From positions 324,353-388,352 of the forward strand of contig CAWBMM010000002.1 of NCBI GenBank assembly GCA_963789855.1: DNA of 64,000 nt, written 5' to 3'. The stretch is from an uncultured Actinomycetota bacterium (GTDB lineage: Bacteria > Actinomycetota > Actinomycetes > JACCUZ01). Below are positions 45,743 to 55,380 of this stretch, piece after piece (position 1 is the first letter of the stretch; every line of letters begins with the position of its first letter). The notes beneath the pieces are model-generated. The model saw only the letters and a program-made list of their open reading frames with translations. It searched no databases and was not told the origin of the DNA. A program made the translations under genes and the position numbers.

Positions 45743-46225
45743 TCACCTGGTGATCCAGCCGGTGGCTATGTCGGAGAGCTCCCCGGTTCCCAGGTTGGCG
45801 ACGCCGTCCCAGGTGAGTTGCCCTTGGGCTCCCTGGAAGCGTCCGGTCCCACCGGTGACCGGGCCGGTGACGTGGTAGGTGATGACGAGCGGATCGCTGG
45901 TGCCTGCGGCTGTGCCGGCGTAGGTCCCGACGATGCTGTCGCCGTTGGCTGCGGTGATGGTGAAGGAACCATCGCTGACCTGCAGGGTGGCCAGGTTGAT
46001 GACCTCTGAGCCCTGCAGCGAGTAGTGCCCGAGATGGGTCGCGATGCCCGTGCCCTGGTCCTGGGTGAGGACCAGTGGAGGACTCAGCGGGGAGGTGACG
46101 AAGGTTCCGTGGTCGCGCGCCGTGATGTGCGTGACCTTTGCATCAGCAGCGTGGGCGGGCAGCATGGCCGCTGCGCTGAAGGCGATGGTCGCGGACACTA
46201 GGGCGAGGGTCGGGACGCGGCGCAT
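45743..46225 (-). CDS. Secreted protein of unknown function
   Basis: From the ATG at 46225: signal peptide MRRVPTLALVSATIAFSAAAMLPAHA-AD followed by a beta-rich ~135-aa domain (…GGTGRFQGAQGQLTWDG…). Confidence 0.55.
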   Translation of the reverse strand: MRRVPTLALVSATIAFSAAAMLPAHAADAKVTHITARDHGTFVTSPLSPPLVLTQDQGTGIATHLGHYSLQGSEVINLATLQVSDGSFTITAANGDSIVGTYAGTAAGTSDPLVITYHVTGPVTGGTGRFQGAQGQLTWDGVANLGTGELSDIATGWITR

Positions 46226-46299
46226 GGTGGCTCCTTTGACTGGTCTGGGGCTGTGACCCATTGACGCGCGGGCCGGTCGAGCGTTGGTAGAGCGACGTC

Positions 46300-49286
46300 C
46301 TAGCGGGCCAGCTCGGTTGTGGCCAGCGCCAGGGCTTCCTCGACGGAGAGGGCGCGGCCGCGAGCTCGGTGACTCTGCAGCACGTCGTTTCCCACCGCGC
46401 TGGCGAACGTGCCCGCTGCGAGCAAGGCGACTCCGTCGACCTCGGAGGTCCAGGCGTGACGGACGTTCGGGTAGACCACGCTGGCGGCGCCAAGGAGCGT
46501 GGCCGCCAGGTGGTCTTGTCCGTCGTGATGAGCGATGGTGGCGATGATGCGCATGGCTGCTGCGGTTGCCGGGCGGTTGTGAACGTCTCGGGCCGGTCCG
46601 ACGCTGTCAACTGCTGCGGTGAAAGCGGCTGAGACATCCCCCTCCGCTAGTGCTGTGCTGGCAAGCCCTTGCAGGGCCCAGGCTTGGCTCCACGCGTCGC
46701 CCAGGCGACGTTCCAGCGTCAGCGCCTCCTCGAACCGGCGCCGAGCCAGAGCGGCGTCGCCCGCGGCCAACGCGGTTCGGCCCAGACCTATCAGGAACCA
46801 CCCGACAAGCCGCGCATCGGCGAGCTCCCGGACCGCGCGGAGCCCTTCCTCGAGCGCCGAACGGGCGGCCTGGTGCTGCCGTTGGGCGCTCAACACCATG
46901 CCCAGATAGCCCAGGCAGGTGGCTTGCAGCCAGTCGTCGCCACTGGAGCGCGCCACGTCCAGCGCCTCGCGGAGGATCACACCGCCGGCACCGGCGTCTC
47001 CTGCCCGGCCGGTAGCGGCACCAAGGAGGATCGAGGCGAATGAGGCGGAGTAGAGGTCCCCCTCCCGCTGGTGGTACGGCAGGCAGACACCGACGTGCAG
47101 CCTCACCGCGTCGAGATCGCCCTGGTGGAAGGCGCAGCGCGCCGCCCCCAGGTGGCCAGCGGCGCGCGCCCCGTCGGACATCTGGGAAGTCGTGAGCAAG
47201 TGCTCAAGGTGCGCCCGAGCCTCGTGAGTAAGTCCCCGGACCTGCCAGAAGCGCCACAGCGCCGCAACGGTGAAGACGGCCTGTTCCGGATCGTCGTGAT
47301 CATTGCCCCACTGCACGGCGTCGCGAAGGTTGGGCAGCTCGGCATACAGAAGGTCGACCCAACGCAGCTGGTCCGGTCCCCGAAGCTGTGGCTCGGCTTC
47401 CTCCGCCATCGCCCGGTATGCCTGTGCGTGCGCGGCGCGGATCGAGTCGGAACGTCCCGTCTCGGCCAGCCGCATGACGGCGTACTCGCGGATCGTCTCC
47501 AACATCGTGAAGCGGGGCTCGTCCCCGGGGGCGCCGGCCGGCCTGACCAAGCTGGCGTTCACGAGAGTCTTCACCGTGTCCACGATGAGCCTGCGCGGGT
47601 GGCTGAGTACAGCCTCGGCGGTGTCCACGGTGAACCCGCCGGAGAACACAGCGAGCTCGGCGAAAGCACGTCGGCTTTCGGCGTCGAGCAGGTGGTAGCT
47701 CCAGTCGACTGCCGCGCGGAGAGAACGGTGGCGCTGCGGCGTGTCGGCGCGATCGGTGGCCAGCAGGTCCAGCCGCTGGTCCAACCGAGCCAAGACCCCC
47801 CGGGGTGAGAGCAGATCGACCCGGGCAGCGGCCAGCTCGATGGCCAGGGGAAGCCCATCAAGGTGCCCGCACAGCTGGGCAACCTGCTTGGCGTTGCTGT
47901 CGGTCACGGTGAAGTCGGGTCGAACGGCGCGTGCTCTGTCCACGAAGAGCGCCACCGCGTCGGCCTCAGCGACCGAGTCCCACCGAGCATCCGCCGGCGG
48001 CAGGAGAAGAGTGCCGACAGGGTACTCCCGCTCTCCCGGGTTCCCGAGAGCCGCACGGCTGGTGAGCATCACCGCCAGGTCGGGTGCCCGGTCGAGGAGA
48101 AACGTGATCAGCGGTGCAGCCGCGATGACGTGCTCGAAGTTGTCGATCAACAGCAGCTGCTCCCTGGGACGGAGCACGTCGCCCAGTGCCGTCTGTGCGT
48201 CGTCAGGATCGTCGAGCTGGATCCCGAGCGCGGCAGAAACCTCCGACGCGACCTGTTCCGCACGATCGATTCGGGTGAGGTCGACGAACGCCCAGCCGTC
48301 TCGATAGTCAGGCCCGACCTGCCTGGCCACCTCAACCGCCAGTCGGGTCTTCCCACTCCCAGCAGGCCCGGTGAGCGTGACCCAACGAGCCCGAGCGGCG
48401 GTCAGCAGGCCACGGAGACGGTCCACCTCGCCCGCGCGGCCGATGAACGCCTTGCGGGACGCGGACTGCCGACCTATCGGAGCATCGACGTGCCGAGGAC
48501 TCCCGCGGGCGGCTGCCCTAGTGACCTGTCCGGTGGCCACCTCGCTCAGCGCATTCGATGGCAGGTGAAGATCGGAGTCGTGGCGCAGGATGGCCTCTTC
48601 AAGCCCGCGCAGAGCAGGCGTGGGCTCCACGCCCAGCTGCTCGATGAGAACGCGGCGACCCTCCCGGAAGACGCGCAGGGCGTGATCCTGCCGGCCTGAC
48701 CGGTACAGGGCGAGCATCAGCTGTCCGCGCATTCGTTCGTTGAGCGGGTTGGCCTGCACGAGCGGCGCCAGCTCGGCGAGCAAGGAGTCGTGTCGACCTT
48801 GGGCCAGGTCGAGATCGAGGCGGCGTTCCAAGGCTGCCATCCGTATCGCCTCCAGCCGAGCGATCTCTGCCTGGGCGAAGGGCTCGTCCACAAAGTCCTC
48901 GAGCGCCCCACCCCGCCACAGACCAAGGGCCTCGCGGAGCAGCGCCACCTCTTGGTCAAGAGGAGCCGACTCGGCGGCACGGAGCAGGTCCTCGAACCGG
49001 GCGGAGTCCAACTCCTCACGCCCGAGGTTGAGCCGGTACCCGTCTGAGTGGTGACCAGCGTCCCAGCCGGAAGGATGTGTCGAAGCTTGGAGACGTAGGT
49101 CTGGACCACCTTCCGGGCGCTGACCGGAGGGTCCTGCCAGAGGTCCTCGATCAGGCGCCACCCCGGCACCGGGGAACCGTGGTGCACCAGCAGGATGGTC
49201 AGCAGAGCGCGCTGCTTCGCGGCGGGGATGGCCAGGTTGCCTGCCTCGGCGCGTACCTCGAGCGGGCCCAAGATCAGGTACTGCAT
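46300..49286 (-). pseudogene. SARP/AfsR-type regulator: OmpR-like wHTH + BTAD + NB-ARC (STAND ATPase) + TPR; one frameshift after the wHTH
   Basis: MQYLILGPLEVRAEAGNLAIPAAKQRALLTILLV…VVQTYVSKLRHIL (ATG at 49286) is in one frame. DGYRLNLGREELDSARFEDLL…(BTAD)…LTGPAGSGKTRLA (Walker A)…LLLIDNFEH (Walker B)… plus TPR-like repeats are in the 1005-aa ORF frame. The switch is near 49045. Confidence 0.8.
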
Positions 49287-49409
49287 ACGCCGGCCCCCGA
49301 TTCCGGGACGGAACCAACCCCGTGCCCCCAACTTCCCACGGACTGCGCTCTACCGCGACTCAACCGCGCCCTGCCACGGTGGTAGCACACCCCAGGACGG
49401 AGGGACGAC

Positions 49410-50196
49410 ATGGCGACCATCCAGCACCCCGCGTGCGGTGACCTCAGCTACAGCACGAGCGGCGAAGGATCCACCGCCTTGCTGCTGCTGCACGGATGGG
49501 CGGGTCTGCGGCCTACTTCGAGAAGCTGGTCGGCCATCTGGACCCCGAACTCCTCTATTGCGTGTGCCTGGACCTTCCGGGGCATGGATCCTCCGGCGAG
49601 CCGGTCGGCGACTACACCCTGGACGGCATCGCCGATGTCACTGTCGCGGTGGCTGACGCCGCCGGCGCCGACACTTTCATCCTGCTCGGCTACAGCATGA
49701 GCGCGAAGTTCGCGCAGTACATCGCCAACCGCCACTACGACCGGGTAGTGGGACAGATTCTGGTGTCCGGCGCCCCGGCAGGGCCGCTCCCCTTGCCGGC
49801 GGAGCTGGTCGACGACTGGTGTGACCGCGCCGGAGCCGCCGACCGGTTGATCGACGTCGTGCTGAGCTGCGCGACCAGGCCGCTCGACGCGCTGGTGCTC
49901 AAGGACGTCGGACACGGGGCCGCACGCGTCCTGCCCGACGTGCTGAGGGGGACCGTCGAGCTTTGCGTCGAGAGTGACTTCCTCGACGCGGTCAGGAACT
50001 CGAGCCTGCCGACCCTCGTTGTCGGTGGAACTGAAGACTGGATGTTTCCACCCGAGGTGTTGCGCGAAGCTTGGCGGCTCCTCTTGAACGCGCCCGGCTC
50101 GAGTTCATCAACTGCGGGCACGAGATACCCCTCGAAGCCCCCTCCGAGCTGGCCGACCTAATCTCGCAATTCGTCACACAGCTAGGAGGGACCTAG
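49410..50196 (+). pseudogene. Alpha/beta hydrolase, two frameshifts
   Basis: Three segments lie in three frames. First: MATIQHPACGDLSYSTSGEGSTALLLLHGWAG. Second: SAAYFEKLVGHL…LLGYSMSAKFAQ…LVVGGTEDWMFPPEVLREA. Third: ARLEFINCGHEIPLEAPSELADLISQFVTQLGGT. Switches fall near 49505 and 50070-50095. Confidence 0.65.
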
Positions 50197-50214
50197 CCTC
50201 CGGATCTCACGTGG

Positions 50215-50463
50215 CTAGGTCCTGCGCGGCTCAGCGCGACCGGTTGCATCGGACAGGGGCGCAGGGACTCCGCCGGCTGCCATCGACGGGTCGCGGCACA
50301 GCACGGGGATGGTGGCGCGGACGTGCCCGCAGGCGCGGCAGGTGATGACGAGCCCGTCGTTGAGGCGGCGCGCGCGCAACGCCCACGGCGTGTGGCATTG
50401 AGTGCAGAACCGGCTGACGATCCGCCGGCGTCGGGCGGTCTCGAGGTCGCTGACGTTCCCCAT
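50215..50463 (-). CDS. Small zinc-ribbon-like protein (hypothetical)
   Basis: MGNVSDLETARRRRIVSRFCTQCHTPWALRARRLNDGLVITCRACGH… has two CxxC pairs. No family recognised. Confidence 0.3.
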   Translation of the reverse strand: MGNVSDLETARRRRIVSRFCTQCHTPWALRARRLNDGLVITCRACGHVRATIPVLCRDPSMAAGGVPAPLSDATGRAEPRRT

Positions 50464-50670
50464 GAGGGGTCCCCGTTCGCGTTGTCGCCCAGTTGCGACG
50501 ACGCCGAGGATGCGCCTCAATCATGGCCAAGCGCAAGCGAATCGCCGCACCCAGTGAAGGGGGTCTCCGCCCGAACCACCACGTCTGCGTGAGCCGAGCC
50601 GCGACCTCGAACGGGCAGCATCAGCTTTGAGGACACCTCGGCTTGCACCTCAAGGCTTGGACTACGGTTG

Positions 50671-53394
50671 CTACCTGTCGATGGATCGGGCGGTGCTGGA
50701 GGGAGCGGCTGGCTGTGCCCATCCGGATCTGCCGGTCGGTGATTCCCATCGTCCTGGGCGCGGGGCCATGTGGCGCCCGGGTGCCTCGGCGTCGCGAAGC
50801 CGACGCGGCCTGATCGCGATGGCCTGCTCGCGGGCTTGGTCGAGCAGGGTGTGGGCGGCTTGTTGGCGGCGGTCGTGCGGTCTGTAGGGGCGGATGGCGT
50901 CGCCAGGGTGGCACGACCCCGGGTGCTGGTGCTTGTGCTGGTCGATGTCGGCGGGTTCGATGGTGAGATGCACGTGGTTGTCGTGCTGGCTGCGGGTCAT
51001 CCCGACGTAGAGGTGTTCGCGGTCGAGGCCGGGTCGGGCGAGCAGGATGCCGATGTTGGCGGTGGCGCCTTGGGCGCCGTCGATGGTGGTCGCCCAGCCG
51101 TAGCTGGCGTTCTCGGCGAGATACGTCGCGGGTAGCGAGGTCCGGCCGCGGCCGGCGAGATCTGGACGTCGAGGCCGCCGCCGGGGGCGGGGCCGAGGAC
51201 AGTGAACCGGTCACCGTTGCGGACGTGGGTGGCGCCGAGGTTCAGCCGGCGGTCGTTGCGCCGGGCTCGGAGCAGGTCGCCGGAGTGCCAGGTCACGGCC
51301 GCCCGCGACGGCGAGGACCGGGCCGTGCACGGTGCCGTCGGCTTGAGGCGGCGGTGCGGGCCCGCTGGTTGAGGGCGTCGACGTCGGTGCGGGCGCGGGC
51401 CATCATCAACGCGTCCATGCCGTGGGTGGTGGCGGTCTGCCACTGGCGGTGGACGGCGTCCAGGGCGGCGTCGGGGTCGGGGGCCGGGTGGATCCGGTCG
51501 TCGGCGTAGCGGGCCCACACCGCGGGGTTGCCGGACCGGAGGGCCCGGGTGGCGGCGGCTTCCCAGGGGTGGCTGAACCGGCGGATCCCGGTCAGCTCGA
51601 CCGCCCCGACCCGCGCGGCCAGGGCCGGCAGGAGGCCGCCGGCGCGTTCGACCGGCCCGATCTGGGCCGGGTCACCGACCAGGACCAGCTTGGCCCGGCC
51701 GGCCCGGGTAGCCACGGTGAGGGCGGCCAGGTCTTCGGTGGCGAGCATCGCGGCCTCGTCCACGATCAGCACGGTGCGGGGTCCGACCCGCCACCGGCTT
51801 GCCCGTTCGGACGGCTGGCTCGGGAGGCGGGGTTGTTCGTGGGCCCATTTGGCGACGGTGTCCGCCGGGGCGCCGGTGGCGGCGGAGAGTTCGGCGGCGG
51901 CCCGGGCGGAGGGGGCCAGGCCGTGGACCTGGTAGCCGGCGTCGGTCCAGGCGGCGGCGGCCGCCCCGAGGGTGGTGGTCTTCCCGGCGCCGGCCGGGGC
52001 GATCAGCACCGCCAGCATCTCCCCGCCCGACGACGCAGCCGTTGCAGGACGCCGGTCTGTTCGGGGTCGAGCTGGGCCGCCGCCGCGTGGGCGGCGGCCA
52101 GGGCGCCGGGCACCACCGCGCGGCCGGCGGCCACACCAGCCTGGGCGGTGGACAGGATCCGGGCCTCGAGGGCGAGCAGGTCGGCGGCGGCCCACCGGGT
52201 GTCGCTGTCTCGGGGGGTGACCCCGTCCTGGACCCGCCCGACCGGGACGGCCTGCGCGGTGGACAGCGCCTCGGTGGTGACCTGCTCGACCAGTGGCCCG
52301 GACCTGCGCGGCGGTGCCCGGCTGGGTGGGCAGCGCGGCCGCGGCCTGGACCACCAGATCGGCGCGGGAAGATGTCGCGCTCCGGGTGCCGGCCACGGCC
52401 ACCGCGCGGGCGGTGACTCGCCGGCTCACCGCCGCATCGAGGTCGCCGGCTGGCGGCCTGCCGGGTGCCGGTGGCGCGGCTGCGTCGGACGCGCGGATCA
52501 GCTGGTTCGCCGCTCCAGCCCACCGGAGGCCTCAGCGGCCACCGGGCCTGCAGCACGCCCGCGCCGAGTGGGCGGCTCGCGGGGCGAGACTTGAGCACGA
52601 GGTCTCGATCACCGTGGCGCGTTCGGCCGAGGTGAGGTCCCGACCGAGCGCGTCGGCGAACTAAGCTCCAGGGTGGGCGCGGCGTCGGCGTCGATCTGCC
52701 GGGTTCGTTTGGACCAGTGCCGATCAGCGCGGAGGGGACGACCGGGGAACGCGACCTGGCCGAGCGCGTGACCGGACCGAACCCGACCCCGAGGCGTGGC
52801 AGCTCGCCGCGTAGCGCGGCCTGGTAGAGCGCGCCGGCGGCTCTTGTGCTGGTAGATCTCGCGCCCGTCGATGCTCCGCCACCCCCTGGCGCAGCGCAGC
52901 TTTGACCACCAGAGCGTGGAGTGCAGCTGGGGGTCCCCGTGGGAGCGGCGGTGGTCGAGACCGCGCTGCGTACCCGGAGAGCGATTAGGGGTCACCGTCG
53001 ACCGCTTTGCGCGAATGGCGGCTGTCGTCGAGATAGGACAGCGCGGCTGCACCGCGGCGCGGTGCGCTCGGCGATCTGGTGAACAGATTGTGGGTCGCCG
53101 ATGCCCACGGCGCGGACACCGATTTGGGCGCGGAGAACGTAGGTGATACCGGTGACCCCGTCGAGAGGCCGGCCAGCGGCGCCGCTCGAGGGTACAGGCG
53201 GCGAGCCAGCAGCGCTCAGCTGCGCTCGGTGACCATGGCGCCCGGGCCAGGTCAGCTCGCCCAGGCCCGCGTACAGCGACGGCGCCTCACGCGGGCCAGG
53301 AAGTACTCCGACGGGTCGGCGGCCACTCGCGCTGGTAGTACCGCCACGGCTGGTTCCGATCTTCGCCGAGGCGAGATGCCGCGGAACCTAGCAT
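50671..53394 (-). pseudogene. MOBF-type (TrwC/TraA-like) conjugative relaxase-helicase, heavily frameshifted
   Basis: Relaxase motifs seen in various minus frames: LASAKIG…YYQRE-VAADPSEYFLAR (N-terminus, ATG ~53394); TFSAPKSVS (~53111-53140); GDPQLH (~52905-52945); IDGREIYQH…ALYQAALRGELPRLGV. Helicase motifs: LIAPAGAGKTTTL (Walker A), LIVDEAAML, VLVGDPAQIGPV, GMTRSQHDNHV. Confidence 0.8.
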
Positions 53395-53409
53395 TCCGGG
53401 AATGCACAT

Positions 53410-53965
53410 GTCTGCGCTATCTGGGGCCAAGATCGAAAGGCCCGGGCAATACCCGTCGTGGTTGGACGATAACGCGGTGAGTGACGGATAGTGAAGGTGT
53501 CTGACGGTCAATTACGGTATGCCGAGAGGGCAATACGGGGGAAGATTGGCTGGGGAGAAAGGATCTTGAGCGGGAACGGCGTGTCGGGACGCGGCGCGAG
53601 GGCCTTTCGGCCTGCCGCAGCAACTGCCTTCGCGTGCCCGTGGCTGGGCCACGCGGAAGGTACGGGGTCCCTGGATCGCTCGTCCGAGCATCGACTGAGA
53701 CCCCGTAGGCGGCGATCGACAAGCCACGGGTAGCGGTTGGCCACTGAGACAAGAGCAGCCCAAAATAGCCGCGAAGGAGCGGCGAACAGCTGGCAGCAAG
53801 TGACCCGCGAAGGACTTCAGGCCCGCGAGCGGATATGCCCCGAGAATCGGCCGTGCTCAGAGCCGCCGCGGGTACATGGTGAACCTCCAATTGGGAGCAC
53901 CTGCGCGTAGAATTCGAGAAATCTGTCGGGTTTCTGGGTCAGAAGGCCAGGCGCGCCGACGCCGG
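53410..53965 (+). ncRNA. Probable 5' fragment (domains I-III) of a group II intron, lacking IEP ORF and domains V/VI
   Basis: About 550 nt that is visibly less GC-rich than its surroundings, with no credible ORF on either strand. Many local and long-range helices (for example tacggggtc 53661-53669 pairs with gaccccgta 53699-53707; aggcc-tttc-ggcct). Motifs recalled from bacterial group II intron domains I-III occur in the right order: cgggaac, actgag, gccccgagaatc, gggtac, cagaagg. Confidence 0.45.
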
Positions 53966-54010
53966 CGCCGCGATCGCCACTGCGGAGCGCGTCGAGCCAG
54001 TGCCGCTTCG

Positions 54011-55237
54011 CTAGCCCAAACGCCCGCGCGACATCGGCACGACGTTCTTCGCGGCGAGCACCTCGGCTGCCGTGGCGTCCATCGCCGCTGCGACCCGCCG
54101 CGAATGCTCCGCCGTCGCGTGCTGGTAGCGCTGCGCAGCCGCCGGGGTCGAGTGACCGGCCATCTGCATGAGGGTGGCCAGGGTCGCCCCGTGCTCAGCG
54201 GCCGCGGTCATCGCCGAGTGCCGCAAGTCGTGCCCGCGACAGTCGGTGCGGCCGATCTTGTCCAGCCCGCGACGCAGGATCTGGGAGTAGGTGTCGAGTA
54301 CCTCGCGGCCGCCGGCCGTGAGGAACACCAGATCGTCTGGGCCGGCACCCGGTCGATGCTCGTCCAGGTGCCGGCGAAGCTCGGCGGCGAGAAAGGCCGG
54401 CAGCGCGACGGTGCGTCCACCGGCCTCTGACTTGGGGGCGTCCAGCGTCAGGCGTCCCGCCACGCGGTACAGCCGGCGGGTGACGCGGACCTCCGGTTGC
54501 CGGCCGTCCAGCCCTAGGTCGAGGATCCGCAGTGCTGCCAGCTCGCCGGCGCGAAGCCCGGAGAACCCCGCCATCAGCACCACGGCGCGGTACCTGGCAG
54601 GCACCACGTCTGCGAGCTCCGCCAGCTCGGTCACGCTCAATGTCGGGCGCTCAGAGGACCGGGGCTCGCCGGCCCCTGTTATGCGGCACGGGTTGCGCAG
54701 CAACAGCTCGTCGTCGACGGCGGTCTGCAGGATCGCCCGCAGCAGCCGGTAGGACGCGCGCCACGGTCGCCGAGCGGTCCCGGCTCCCGGCCCGGCTGCG
54801 TCTCGCCCCCCGACGGTCGGATCAGCCTGGTCCGCAGGTCCGCCGACAGCAGCGGCGTGCCAGGCGCGGACCCGGTCCGGCTCGATCTGGTCGAGCAGCA
54901 GCGGACCGAGGTAGGGCTCGAGGTGCCGGCGGAAGTCGATCGCGTACTGGTGTCGGGTCGAGTCTTTGAGCCCGGGCCGAAGTTCGACCCAGCGGGCCCC
55001 GTAGTCCGCGAGGGTCTCCGACACCCGCCGGGGTGCCCGATAGGTCCGCCGCAGGATGTCCGCCTCGACGGTGGCGAGGAACGCGCGGGCATCGGCAGTA
55101 GTGGCGAACGTCTGGTCCGCAGTCGCGCGTCGGCCGCTGGGGTCCCGCCACCTGGCCCGGAACCGACCCGATGGGAGCCGCTCCACGGTGCCGAAGCCAC
55201 CCCGGCGACGGCGCCGGGCCGGTTGCGGAGTGGTCAT
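54011..55237 (-). CDS. int: Tyrosine recombinase (phage-type integrase)
   Basis: Intact 408-aa ORF. N-terminal SAM-like/arm-binding region (GTVERLPSGRFRARWRDPSG…) and a catalytic domain with …GLRAGELAAL…, HDLRHSAMT and …AGHSTPAAAQRYQH (R…HxxR…Y pattern). It lies 148 nt from attR. Confidence 0.9.
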   Translation of the reverse strand: MTTPQPARRRRRGGFGTVERLPSGRFRARWRDPSGRRATADQTFATTADARAFLATVEADILRRTYRAPRRVSETLADYGARWVELRPGLKDSTRHQYAIDFRRHLEPYLGPLLLDQIEPDRVRAWHAAAVGGPADQADPTVGGRDAAGPGAGTARRPWRASYRLLRAILQTAVDDELLLRNPCRITGAGEPRSSERPTLSVTELAELADVVPARYRAVVLMAGFSGLRAGELAALRILDLGLDGRQPEVRVTRRLYRVAGRLTLDAPKSEAGGRTVALPAFLAAELRRHLDEHRPGAGPDDLVFLTAGGREVLDTYSQILRRGLDKIGRTDCRGHDLRHSAMTAAAEHGATLATLMQMAGHSTPAAAQRYQHATAEHSRRVAAAMDATAAEVLAAKNVVPMSRGRLG

Positions 55238-55294
55238 GGGTACTGCCTCCTGGTGACCGGCGACCGCCGTTGAGAGCCGCCAGAGGCCCTACGT

Positions 55295-55315
55295 TAGCCC
55301 ACGTTTGGCCCACGA
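55295..55315. repeat. Second copy of the 21-mer tagcccacgtttggcccacga (candidate arm-type site next to attR)
   Basis: Exact direct repeat of 38652-38672. It lies between the int start (55237) and attR (55385). Confidence 0.6.
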
Positions 55316-55380
55316 CGCTGGTCCGAAGATCCCAAAATTGCGCTATCGTCGCAGGTCAGAGCGTTATCCACAGGACATCG

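Noticed and set aside
53829-53860. gagcggatatgccccgagaatcggccgtgctc as group II intron domain V.
   Set aside because: Attempted pairing gives only 5 bp before mismatches, with no proper GNRA-capped two-helix structure with a bulge. The sequence fits a domain I-type motif better. No domain V/VI or RT ORF is present.
53417-53890. 157-aa minus-strand ORF in the relaxase-integrase spacer.
   Set aside because: It shows no domain-like sequence or GC3 bias and overlaps a region with strong RNA-like secondary structure. It was treated as non-coding.
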